Origin: Omnitrophica bacterium GWA2_41_15
GTDB taxonomy: Bacteria > Omnitrophota > Gorgyraeia > Gygaellales > UBA12090
DNA: 64,000 nt
Assembly (NCBI GenBank): GCA_919902675.1
Contig: CAKKRH010000012.1
Coordinates: 16,178 to 80,177 of the forward strand
Direction of reading: 5' to 3'
Shown piece by piece: positions 35,497 to 44,305 of the stretch (positions are counted from its first letter, which is position 1; the number at the start of each line of letters is the position of its first letter). Both the position numbers and the translations under genes were made by a program. The notes beneath the pieces were generated by a model. The model saw only the letters and a list, made by a program, of their open reading frames with translations. It ran no database searches and was not told the origin of the DNA.

Positions 35497-36162
35497 ATGC
35501 CAAGAATATTTAGGTTTCTTCCTGAAATAGGTGTCTTCCATATTCTGACTAGAGGTAATAATCGTCAAAAAGTATTTAGAGACGATAAGGATTATCAGTT
35601 TTATCTTGAGCTCTTACAGCGTTATAAAGAGGAACATAACTTTTTGCTGTATCATTATTGTCTCATGCCAAATCATGTCCACCTTATTTTAGAGACTACT
35701 CGCCAGACAGACCTCTCCAAGTTAATGAAGCAAATCAACCTGAAATATCATTATTATTTTAGAAGAAGGTATAGATACTGTGGTCATCTCTGGCAAGGAA
35801 GGTTCAAGAGCCTGCTTATTGAAAAGGATAGCTATCTTATTGCTTGCGCTAGATACATTGAAAGAAATCCTGTAAGAGCAAAGATGGTAGAGAAGGCGGA
35901 AGATTACCGTTGGTCAAGTTACCTTTACTACGTGAATGGTAAAAATAATCCTCTTTTGGACAGGGATCCATTGTACCAAGGCTTAGGAGTGGATGATAAG
36001 AAAAGACAGGAAAGTTATCAGCTGTCTCTTGATAAAACTCATACGCCAAATTTGAATCTTAGGTTTATAGGCTCAAACCCATTTATAAAGGCAATGGAGG
36101 AAAAGTTCGGGATAAAGAACCTTAAAAGTAAGAGGGGAAGGCCGATAAAAGCAAATAAATAG
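35497..36162 (+). CDS. IS200-like / REP-associated tyrosine transposase (HUH Y1) family protein
   Basis: HUH motif in YHYCLMPNHVHLILE and a Tyr motif in ARYIERNPV. 221 aa, AT-rich relative to the flanks. Confidence 0.85.
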   Translation: MPRIFRFLPEIGVFHILTRGNNRQKVFRDDKDYQFYLELLQRYKEEHNFLLYHYCLMPNHVHLILETTRQTDLSKLMKQINLKYHYYFRRRYRYCGHLWQGRFKSLLIEKDSYLIACARYIERNPVRAKMVEKAEDYRWSSYLYYVNGKNNPLLDRDPLYQGLGVDDKKRQESYQLSLDKTHTPNLNLRFIGSNPFIKAMEEKFGIKNLKSKRGRPIKANK

Positions 36163-36175
36163 AAGCGTCCCCTTT
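36157..36175. repeat. Right 19-bp inverted repeat bracketing the RAYT-like gene
   Basis: AAATAGAAGCGTCCCCTTT overlaps the stop codon of the transposase-like ORF. Confidence 0.9.
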
Positions 36176-36211
36176 ACTACCCTTTACTACCCTTTACCTT
36201 TACCGCCCTTT
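36169..36211. repeat. Tandem repeat (CCTTTACTAC x2 plus degenerate CCTTTAC units)
   Basis: CCCCTTTACTACCCTTTACTACCCTTTACCTTTACCGCCCTTT, immediately after the right inverted repeat. Confidence 0.8.
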
Positions 36212-36241
36212 CTGTTATTCGGAGCGTAGCTGGTTTTTAAG

Positions 36242-37057
36242 ATGAAAATTTGGATTAATGGGAAATTTGTAGAGGAGGCAGAGGCCAAGGTTGACATTGT
36301 CTCAGCCGGTTTTTTATACGGCCAGGGGGTTTTTGAGACGATGCGGGCGTATAATGAGCGGGTTTTTCGCTTAGACAGCCATCTGGAGCGTTTGTTTAAG
36401 GCCCTGCCTGTGCTTAATTTGGAATTAACCTTAGGGCCCGATGTTTTGAAAAAGGCGCTTAAGCAGGCCTTGAAAGAAAATAATCTTAAAGACGCCTATT
36501 TGCGGATAACGGTCTGGCAGGGGAAAGATAAGGCTGAGGCCGCGGTTTTTGCCAAAGCCAATAATTTTTTAACCAAAGATGATTATTACAAAGGCTTTAA
36601 GGCCATAGCTTCCAGTTTCCGGCAGAATGAATTTTCAATCCTTTCCGGAATCAAGTCCGCGAACTATTTGCCCTTACTCCTGGCCTACCAGGAGGCGAAA
36701 AAGAAAAATGCCGATGAGGCCATACTTTTAAATACCCGGGATTTTCTGGCTGAGGCCTCACGGGCCAATATCTTTTTAGTTAAAGATAATTGTTTATTGA
36801 CCCCATCTTTAGACTGCGGATGTCTTCCCGGAATTACCCGGGATACGGTTTTGGGTCTGGCGGTTAAGGAAAAGATAAAGGTAATTGAGGCTAAGCTTAA
36901 GCCTGAGGATATCCAAAGAGCCGATGAGGCCTTTTTGACTAATTCCTTAATTGAGATTATGCCGCTGACAACTTTTGAGGGCCGGCCGATTAAAAAAGGA
37001 TTTCCCGGTAAAATTACCGAGTTGATTTTAAAGCGCTACCGCTTGCTATTACAATGA
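36242..37057 (+). CDS. pabC: Aminodeoxychorismate lyase (class IV aminotransferase fold)
   Basis: 271 aa. GQGVFETMR and the SGIKSANYL (catalytic Lys region) patterns of class IV PLP enzymes. Genomic pairing with pabB. Confidence 0.75.
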   Translation: MKIWINGKFVEEAEAKVDIVSAGFLYGQGVFETMRAYNERVFRLDSHLERLFKALPVLNLELTLGPDVLKKALKQALKENNLKDAYLRITVWQGKDKAEAAVFAKANNFLTKDDYYKGFKAIASSFRQNEFSILSGIKSANYLPLLLAYQEAKKKNADEAILLNTRDFLAEASRANIFLVKDNCLLTPSLDCGCLPGITRDTVLGLAVKEKIKVIEAKLKPEDIQRADEAFLTNSLIEIMPLTTFEGRPIKKGFPGKITELILKRYRLLLQ

Positions 37058-37389
37058 TAAAACATATATTGAGATTGTTGAAAAACATGGTTTTTCAACA
37101 ATCTCATCCTGAGGAGGGACGCAAGTCCCGACGAAGGATCTCATGCGGAAGTGTTCAAGATAAGCGTTCTCAGGGGTTTTGTAACGGTCTTATATTCAGG
37201 ATAAGCCTAGGGGTGGTTTTGATACTTTTAGGCGTTGCTGGGATATTTTTGCCGATTATGCCCGGGCTATTATTAATTCTTTTGGGCAGCGCGGTAATAG
37301 TAGAGAAAAACCCCAAGGTTTTATTCGGCGAGCTCGCTGAAAAGGTAAAAAGAAAGATGAGGGCTAAAGAAGATGAAAAGGCTCGTTAA
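37054..37389 (+). CDS. Small membrane protein (two predicted TM helices, PGPGW-like motif region)
   Basis: ATGA-coupled to pabC. C-terminal LGVVLILLGVAGIFLPIMPGLLLILLGSAVI. The N-terminal ~30 aa are encoded by a palindromic repeat, so the true start is uncertain. Confidence 0.5.
   Translation: MIKHILRLLKNMVFQQSHPEEGRKSRRRISCGSVQDKRSQGFCNGLIFRISLGVVLILLGVAGIFLPIMPGLLLILLGSAVIVEKNPKVLFGELAEKVKRKMRAKEDEKAR
37101..37145. repeat. Small palindromic element flanked by a 7-bp direct repeat
   Basis: ATCTCAT (37101-37107) and ATCTCAT (37138-37144) flank CCTGAGGAGGGACGCAAGTCCCGACGAAGG. The inner hairpin is GGGAC-GCAA-GTCCC. The CATCCTGAG...GAAGGATCT word is one I recall as a widespread repeat. Confidence 0.5.
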
Positions 37390-39721
37390 GCTGTGTTGTA
37401 TTATCTTAATTTTTCTCGTTGGTTGCTCCGCGGAGCTGGAGAACGCCAAACATCTGGCGGAAAAATCAAAATCCGCGTATAAGCGGTCCATAGCCGGCTA
37501 CCAAAGGCTTTTAGCTAAAAATAAGAAAAACAATGATTTACGGCTGGAATTGGCTAGGCTTTATTTGGGCCACGGAGATTACGACAGCGCTATAGCTGTT
37601 CTGCATGGCTCAGAAGGGCTAAAATCCCAGATGCTTTTGGCCGTTTCTCTGTATAAATCCGGGGACTATACTCAGGCCTTGGGCATTTTCGAAAAGTTAG
37701 GAAAAATTCAGGACGGTGAGTATTTGTATTATTACGGCTTGACCTGCAAAAAACACAATCTCTATGAGCAGGCCTTGGAGGCGTTGACCCGGATAAAAAA
37801 TAAAGAATACGCCCCCAAAGCCCAAGAACTGATTAAGTCCATCCAGGGCTCAACCCGGGAATATCCGCAAAACACCACTCCCGAGCTTAAAGAGGCGATA
37901 CTTAACTCTACCCAGGAGAAATATCCTCTGGCCGGAGCGGTAATAATCCTGGCGGATGAGGATATCCGGCTTTTAAAAGATGATACCGTGGTTTCACAGT
38001 CGCGGTTTATTATCAAGATATTAAACGAACGGGGCAAAAATGATTTTTCCGAGATAGTCATCGGTTACGATTCTACCTATGAAAAGGTGGAGGTCGAATA
38101 CGCCCGGACTATTCTTCCGGATGGCCAGGTGATCACGGTGGGGGAAAAAGACATACGGGATGTTTCCTTGTATCTGAATTTCCCGCTCTATTCCAATGCC
38201 CGGGCCAGGATAATTTCTATGCCGGGCCTTGTCGAGGGCTCAATCGTGGAATACAAGGTGAGGCACATAGAGAATCTGGGCTTGAGTAAAAAAGGCTTTA
38301 ATTTGGCCTATAGCCTGAAGGAAGGCCAGCCAATAGCGGACGCCAACTTTAAATTAACCGTCCCTAAGGATAAAAATCTAAAAACCAAGCTATTAAATCC
38401 CGAATACAATACAGAGAAATTTGATTTATCTCCCCTGATTACTCAAACTCGGGATGAGAAAATTTATACTTGGGCTTTTCAAAATATTCCTCAGATAGAA
38501 GTAGAACCGAATATGCCGCCGGAGGCTGAAATAAATCCGATAATTCTTGTTTCAACTTATCAATCCTGGGATGAGATTTATAAATGGTGGCAGGAATTAG
38601 CCAAAGACAGGATGTTAGCGGATAAGGCTATCAGCGAAAAGGTTACACAGCTTATCCAGGGTAAAAAAAATAAAGAGGAAATTATCCGGGCTATCTATAA
38701 CTACTGTGCCCAGGACATCCGTTATGTGGGCATAGAATACGGCCAGGCCGGATACCAGCCGCATTATGCCGGGGAAATATTTAAAAACAAATACGGCGAC
38801 TGCAAGGATAAGGCCATACTTTTTATTGCCATGCTCAAATCCGCCGGATTTAGCGCTTATCCGGTTTTAATCGGCACCCGGGGCAATCCGGCACCACAGG
38901 ATGACATCCCAGCGGATATCTTTAACCATTGCATCGCCGCGGTAGAGTTAGACGGTAGATTGATTTTCCTGGATATTACTGCCGAGGTTTGTTCTTTTGG
39001 GGATCTGCCGGCAGGTGATCAACAAAGGCGGGTTTTGGTCTTTAGGGAGGATAGATATGAAATAGTCGAAACTCCGTTATTGAGCCCTCAGCAGAATCGG
39101 ATTAACTACCTTACCCGGATGAATATTGCCAAAGACGAATCTGTTTTCGCCCAAAGGCAGGTTGATAGTCGGGGAGAGTTTGACCAGGCCCAGCGCTATT
39201 GGCTTAGATATACCCAGCCGGATTTGATTGAGCAGGGTTTAAAGGAAAGGGTTCAGTCTATGGTGGTTTCCGGGGATTTAATCAAGTATAATTATGAAAA
39301 CGCCGATGACTTGAATATCCCAATCAGGCTGACCTATGAATTCCAGGGAAAGAATTTTCTCTGGCGTTCCGGACGGGCCAGGATAATGCCGCCTCTGGCC
39401 GCGATGGATGCCTCTATAGCGGCTAAAAGCGCGCGGGTGTATCCTTTGGAATTGGGCCAGCCGCACAGTAAGGAATCTGTTCTTGAGATTAAGTTAGAGA
39501 AGAATTTTATTCTCAAGTATCTTCCGGAAAAGGTGGATGTCAAAAGCCCCTGGTTAGATTATTTAGTTAGCTATGAGTTTAAGGGCCAGGTTTTAAAGGT
39601 CTCTCAAAAGGAAACCTTAAAATTAAGGGAGGTCAGCCGGCAAGAATATCCGGAGTTTAAAAGGTTTTTAGAGGATTTGGCCGGTAAATTAAAGGAGTAT
39701 ATAATCTTAGAGAAAAAATAA
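37373..39721 (+). CDS. Lipoprotein with TPR region, DUF3857-like domain and transglutaminase-like cysteine protease core
   Basis: Lipobox LVGC. The transglutaminase core YGDCKDKAILFIAMLKSAG has downstream His/Asp residues. 782 aa. Confidence 0.75.
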   Translation: MKRLVKLCCIILIFLVGCSAELENAKHLAEKSKSAYKRSIAGYQRLLAKNKKNNDLRLELARLYLGHGDYDSAIAVLHGSEGLKSQMLLAVSLYKSGDYTQALGIFEKLGKIQDGEYLYYYGLTCKKHNLYEQALEALTRIKNKEYAPKAQELIKSIQGSTREYPQNTTPELKEAILNSTQEKYPLAGAVIILADEDIRLLKDDTVVSQSRFIIKILNERGKNDFSEIVIGYDSTYEKVEVEYARTILPDGQVITVGEKDIRDVSLYLNFPLYSNARARIISMPGLVEGSIVEYKVRHIENLGLSKKGFNLAYSLKEGQPIADANFKLTVPKDKNLKTKLLNPEYNTEKFDLSPLITQTRDEKIYTWAFQNIPQIEVEPNMPPEAEINPIILVSTYQSWDEIYKWWQELAKDRMLADKAISEKVTQLIQGKKNKEEIIRAIYNYCAQDIRYVGIEYGQAGYQPHYAGEIFKNKYGDCKDKAILFIAMLKSAGFSAYPVLIGTRGNPAPQDDIPADIFNHCIAAVELDGRLIFLDITAEVCSFGDLPAGDQQRRVLVFREDRYEIVETPLLSPQQNRINYLTRMNIAKDESVFAQRQVDSRGEFDQAQRYWLRYTQPDLIEQGLKERVQSMVVSGDLIKYNYENADDLNIPIRLTYEFQGKNFLWRSGRARIMPPLAAMDASIAAKSARVYPLELGQPHSKESVLEIKLEKNFILKYLPEKVDVKSPWLDYLVSYEFKGQVLKVSQKETLKLREVSRQEYPEFKRFLEDLAGKLKEYIILEKK

Positions 39722-40119
39722 TGCCCAGAAAAAAAGAGGATAAGGAAAAAAAGTATTTGGATTTTGAGATTGATTTCTTCGAGCGATTGCTTAAGAAAAA
39801 GCCGGATTTTATCCTGGCTTTAACCGCCGTGGGAAATGCCTATACCCAGAGGGGAGATTATAAGAAAGGTTTGGAAATTGACCTGCATTTAAGCCGCCTG
39901 CGTCAGGATGATCCTACGGTGCGTTATAATCTGGCCTGCAGTTATTCTCTCCTGGGCGAACTGGATAAGGCTTTCTCCGCCCTAAAAAAGGCCATTGAAT
40001 TGGGTTATGATGATTTTGTGCATCTCAAGTATGATCCGGATTTGGAAAACTTAAAAAAAGACGAGCGTTTTCAGCTGATCTTAAAGAACAGGCAGGCCCC
40101 TTATGCGGACAAGCCCTGA
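39721..40119 (+). CDS. TPR-repeat protein
   Basis: 132 aa with TPR-like helices (AVGNAYTQRGDYKKGLE, YNLACSYSLLGELDKAFSALKKAIELG). The start overlaps the upstream stop (TAATG). Confidence 0.7.
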   Translation: MPRKKEDKEKKYLDFEIDFFERLLKKKPDFILALTAVGNAYTQRGDYKKGLEIDLHLSRLRQDDPTVRYNLACSYSLLGELDKAFSALKKAIELGYDDFVHLKYDPDLENLKKDERFQLILKNRQAPYADKP

Positions 40120-41215
40120 GGCAAAAAATTATCACCGGATAAAAAACAGCTTGTTTGTGTTTAATTTGTTGTTTTCTTTAATCGTGCTTCTGACGGTTAT
40201 CTTCAGTGGCTTTTCAATCTGGCTTAAGGCCGCGCTTGAGAAATATGCCCACAATCCACTCTTTTTAAGCGGCATATACATAACCGCGCTTTCGCTGTTT
40301 TTTTATATCTTAGGCCTGCCTCTGGAGCTTTACGAAGGCTACTACCTTGAGCGCCGCTTTAAGCTTTCCAATCAAAGTTTGGCCGGATATTTTAAGGATA
40401 ACCTGAAGAAATCCCTCCTCTCATTAGTTATCGTCCTGACGGCGGTTGAGGTTCTTTACTTATTCTTGGGAAGGTTTGCTCAAATCTGGTGGATTCTGGC
40501 GGCTATAGCCTGGTTTTTCCTGACCATAATTTTAGCCAAGATAACTCCGAATATCTTTGTCCCGCTTTTTTATAAATACCTGCCCTTAAAAGATATTGAG
40601 TTAAGGAATAAAATTATGCAGATGTTTAAGGATTCCGGAACCAGGCTCAAGGACGTGTATATGATTGATTTTTCTTCCAAGACAAAAAAATTAAACGCCG
40701 CGGTGGCCGGCTTCGGAAACAACCGCCGGGTAATTTTGACCGATAATCTATTAAGCGAACTTTCACATGATGAGATATTGGCTATAGTCGCCCATGAGCT
40801 GGGACATTATAAAAATAAGGATACTATCAAGATCATTTCTTTTGGCGCGCTGGTTACCGGAATTATGTTTTTTTTAAGTGATATGATCCTGAGGAAAAGT
40901 TTTGCTTATTTTGGCTATACCTCTATCGCCGATATCGCCGGGTTCCCCTTGTTTTGCCTGGTAATGCTTATTCTGGGGCTTTTCAGCCTGCCTCTGCAAA
41001 ACGGGTTTATTCGCTCTTTAGAAACCCAGGCCGACCTTTACAGCCTTAAGTCTATTGGCAAGGCGGATGTTTTTATCTCGATGATGGAGAAATTAGCCGC
41101 TAAGAATCTGGCTGAGCTAAATCCCTCTAAATTTATTGAGCTTATGCTTTATGACCATCCGCCGATAGGTAAAAGGATTGAGCTGGCCCGGAGATTCAAA
41201 AAAGATGAAAACTAA
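40103..41215 (+). CDS. M48 family (Ste24/HtpX-like) integral-membrane zinc metalloprotease
   Basis: Multiple TM helices and HELGHYKNKD (HExxH), with a downstream Glu in the ETQADLYS region. 370 aa. Confidence 0.8.
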   Translation: MRTSPEAKNYHRIKNSLFVFNLLFSLIVLLTVIFSGFSIWLKAALEKYAHNPLFLSGIYITALSLFFYILGLPLELYEGYYLERRFKLSNQSLAGYFKDNLKKSLLSLVIVLTAVEVLYLFLGRFAQIWWILAAIAWFFLTIILAKITPNIFVPLFYKYLPLKDIELRNKIMQMFKDSGTRLKDVYMIDFSSKTKKLNAAVAGFGNNRRVILTDNLLSELSHDEILAIVAHELGHYKNKDTIKIISFGALVTGIMFFLSDMILRKSFAYFGYTSIADIAGFPLFCLVMLILGLFSLPLQNGFIRSLETQADLYSLKSIGKADVFISMMEKLAAKNLAELNPSKFIELMLYDHPPIGKRIELARRFKKDEN

Positions 41216-43169
41216 ATCCGGGGAAAAAAGAGGATACCTGCGCCTGAATTCGGTGTTTCCGGTAAAATACCAGCTGATAAAAGCTCAAGCCGGGGAAGGC
41301 GCTTGGCATCAGGGCTTTACCGGCAATGTCAGTGATGGCGGGATATGCCTGGAGTTTTCCGATGTGGATAAGGAGATACTGGCCCTTTTAGACAGCCCCC
41401 AGGAGGTCCGGCTGAATTTAAAAATTAACATTCCGGTGTTCAGCCGTTCGGTTTGCGCGTGCGCCAAGGTAAGCTGGTTTAAGCAAGAACAGGATAAATT
41501 CGGCCACTACGCGGTTGGCCTAAGATACGACCATATAGCTGAAAAAGACCGCCAGAAGATTATGCGTTTTGCCTACAGTAAGGTAATTTTGCCCCGGTTG
41601 GCCTTAGGGGTTATTGTTATCCTGTCTTTGACCGCCGGGATTATCCTGTATAATAATTTCCGCCTCTCTTCGGATAATAAAAAGCTGGTTAAGGATATGG
41701 TAAATGTCCTGAAGGATTCCAGCGAAAGTAAAGCTGAGCTGGAAAATATTCAGAAAGAAAAGGCCCAATTAGACGCGAAACTCCGGGAGTCGGAATCTAA
41801 AATCAAGGCCTTTGACTCCCAGCTGAAAAATAAAGAAGAGGAATTTAAGATGATAGAAGAGGATAACACTGAGATGCTCAGCGAAAAGGAATTTGAAATC
41901 CATAAATTGAAATTAAGGATTATTGAGCAGGCCAAAGAAAATACCGGAATTTTGGAAAAGATAGGGGATTTAGGCAAAAAGGAAGAGACGGTGAGCAGTA
42001 AGCTGAATGAAATCAGGGATAAAAAAAATATTCTGGAGAAGGCCAGCTTCGAGCGGATGTATCAATGGGTTAAACTGCATCAAAATCCGCGCACCGGTTT
42101 AATTATCAGCTTTGAAGGTGATGGCGGGCTTAGTGACCAGGCCTTTACCTATGATCAGGCGCTTTCGGTGATCGCCTTTAGTTATTTTAAGGACTATGAA
42201 CCGGCCAAGAAAATCCTGGATTTTTATCTAAGCCGTCCGGAGCAGAAAAGCGGTTTCTATAATGGCTATTATGTTTCAACCGGAGAGGCCTGCGAATTTA
42301 CCGTGCATAGCGGGCCAAACCTTTGGCTGGGGATAGCGGTTTTACAGTATGCCAGGCTCACCCAGGACAGCAGTTATCTCCCCCTTGCCAAAAATATTGC
42401 CAGATGGATTATAAAGATGCAGAATGAGGATTCGGGAAAAGGCCTGCGCGGCGGACCGAATACCCTGTGGTATTCTACCGAACACAACCTGGATGGATTC
42501 GCCTTTTTCAATATGCTTTATAAAATTACCCAGGATGATTCTTATCGTGATTCCGGGTTAAATATCTTATCCTGGCTTAAGACCAATGCCTATGATAACC
42601 TGGATATTCCGATTAAACGGGGTAAGGGTGATGCCACTATTGCCACCGATACCTATGCCTGGTCAATTGCCAGTTTAGGCCCCCAAAGGCTGATTGACCT
42701 GGGGATGGATCCGGAGGCGATAATGCAATTTGCCCAGGATAATTGCGGTGTCGAGGTAGAGTTTCAGCGTCCGGATAACGGCAGCGTCCTGGTTAAAGGT
42801 TTTGATTTTGCCCGCGCCCGGCATATTGCCCGGGGCGGGGTAATCTCCGCGGAATGGACTGCCCAGATGGCCCTTTCCTATAAGCTCTTAAGCCGCTATT
42901 TTGCCGCGAAAGACGATATTGAAAAGGAATTGATTTATAAAAATAAAGCCGAGGAATATCTGGAGGAATTAAGTAAGATGATTATTTCAAGCCCCTCGCG
43001 CACCGGCCAGGGCCAGGGATGCCTGCCTTATGCCTCAAGCGATTTTGTGGATACCGGACACGGCTGGACCACCCCCAAAGGTGAAAACACCGGTTCGCTT
43101 TCAGCCACGATTTACGCCATCCTGGCTTATTACGGCTTTAATCCCTTAGAGTTAGACGGTCGGCTATGA
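41205..43169 (+). CDS. PilZ domain - TM - coiled coil - alpha/alpha-toroid-like domain protein
   Basis: N-terminal PilZ motifs (KRGYLRL and NVSDGG), a TM segment (LALGVIVILSLTAGIILY), and a Lys/Glu-rich coiled coil. The C-terminal ~380 aa have repeated aromatic/Gly helices typical of (alpha/alpha)6 barrels. The ATG at 41205 is preferred. Confidence 0.6.
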   Translation: MKTKSGEKRGYLRLNSVFPVKYQLIKAQAGEGAWHQGFTGNVSDGGICLEFSDVDKEILALLDSPQEVRLNLKINIPVFSRSVCACAKVSWFKQEQDKFGHYAVGLRYDHIAEKDRQKIMRFAYSKVILPRLALGVIVILSLTAGIILYNNFRLSSDNKKLVKDMVNVLKDSSESKAELENIQKEKAQLDAKLRESESKIKAFDSQLKNKEEEFKMIEEDNTEMLSEKEFEIHKLKLRIIEQAKENTGILEKIGDLGKKEETVSSKLNEIRDKKNILEKASFERMYQWVKLHQNPRTGLIISFEGDGGLSDQAFTYDQALSVIAFSYFKDYEPAKKILDFYLSRPEQKSGFYNGYYVSTGEACEFTVHSGPNLWLGIAVLQYARLTQDSSYLPLAKNIARWIIKMQNEDSGKGLRGGPNTLWYSTEHNLDGFAFFNMLYKITQDDSYRDSGLNILSWLKTNAYDNLDIPIKRGKGDATIATDTYAWSIASLGPQRLIDLGMDPEAIMQFAQDNCGVEVEFQRPDNGSVLVKGFDFARARHIARGGVISAEWTAQMALSYKLLSRYFAAKDDIEKELIYKNKAEEYLEELSKMIISSPSRTGQGQGCLPYASSDFVDTGHGWTTPKGENTGSLSATIYAILAYYGFNPLELDGRL

Positions 43170-43229
43170 GTAAGGACAAAAAAAGCACAAAAAAGATAAG
43201 TAAGCATTGCAGTTTTAGATAGTAGCTGT

Positions 43230-43595
43230 ATGAAAAAAGGTATAGGTCTTAGAATAAAGATTATTATCTTTATTCTTTTGTTTATTTTAAGTATATTCCT
43301 GCAATCTCGGTATCGATATATAGAGATATCCAATGTTGTGAGAGATAAAAAATGTAATGTTTCATTCACCGTAAGAAATACCACACGTAAAAAGTTAATT
43401 GTTGGATTGCTCATAAGTATAAACAGACTACCAACCAAGTTTCATTCTGGAGGGTCTAGAGGGTCAAAGCAAATAGAGCTAACATTACTGCCGCAAGATA
43501 AGAGGAACATCAAGGAAAGCTTGGCATGTTCAGGGCTTGTAACTGGAGGCGTTGCCGATATATTAGTAACAAGGATCAAAGAAATAAATAAATGA
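43230..43595 (+). CDS. Hypothetical membrane-anchored protein (AT-rich orphan)
   Basis: 121-aa ORF with an N-terminal TM segment (IKIIIFILLFILSIFL). It is strongly AT-rich, and I recognise no family. Confidence 0.45.
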   Translation: MKKGIGLRIKIIIFILLFILSIFLQSRYRYIEISNVVRDKKCNVSFTVRNTTRKKLIVGLLISINRLPTKFHSGGSRGSKQIELTLLPQDKRNIKESLACSGLVTGGVADILVTRIKEINK

Positions 43596-44221
43596 ATGAA
43601 ATAGAGAATATTTATCAGAAGCTCTACCGCCATTTCGGGCCCCAGGCCTGGTGGCCGGGAGAAACGTGTTTCGAGGTGATAGTGGGGGCCATCCTGACCC
43701 AAAATACCAACTGGCAGAATGTTTCTAAGGCCATAGCCAATCTCAAAAAAGCCAAAGTGCTCAGCCCTAAGAAGCTATATTCTCTGCCGCAAAGCAAGTT
43801 GGCCCAGTTGATCCGGCCTTCCGGCTATTTCAATATCAAGGCTAAACGGCTAAAGGAATTCCTGAATTTTCTCTTTAATAATTACGGGGGAAGCCTAAAG
43901 AAGATGTTTGGCCGGCCTTTAGAAGATTTAAGGAAGGAAATTCTGTCCGTTAAAGGCATCGGTCCGGAAACCGCCGACTCCATCCTGCTTTATGCCGGAG
44001 GCCTTCCGGTATTTGTGGTGGACGCATATACCAAAAGGATTTTTTCCCGCCAGAAGCTTTTAAGCGAGGAGGCGGACTATCATACGGTGCAAAAAATATT
44101 TGTGGAAAACCTGAAAAGAGATATCCGGCTATACAACGAATACCACGCCCTGATAGTGCGCCTGGGCAAGGATTTCTGCAAAAAGACCAAACCCAAATGC
44201 GAAATCTGCCCGATAAAATGA
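43592..44221 (+). CDS. Endonuclease III-related HhH-GPD domain protein
   Basis: ILTQNTNW, the HhH motif VKGIGPETADSILLYA, and the C-terminal Cys cluster CKKTKPKCEICP. 209 aa. Confidence 0.8.
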   Translation: MNEIENIYQKLYRHFGPQAWWPGETCFEVIVGAILTQNTNWQNVSKAIANLKKAKVLSPKKLYSLPQSKLAQLIRPSGYFNIKAKRLKEFLNFLFNNYGGSLKKMFGRPLEDLRKEILSVKGIGPETADSILLYAGGLPVFVVDAYTKRIFSRQKLLSEEADYHTVQKIFVENLKRDIRLYNEYHALIVRLGKDFCKKTKPKCEICPIK

Positions 44222-44305
44222 AGTTAGGCGTTCGTGAATCTCTTGATGAGATTTTGGAGTTGCTGATTCCAAAAATGGACTTAAAATGGAAGCGCAAAAA
44301 AAGCC

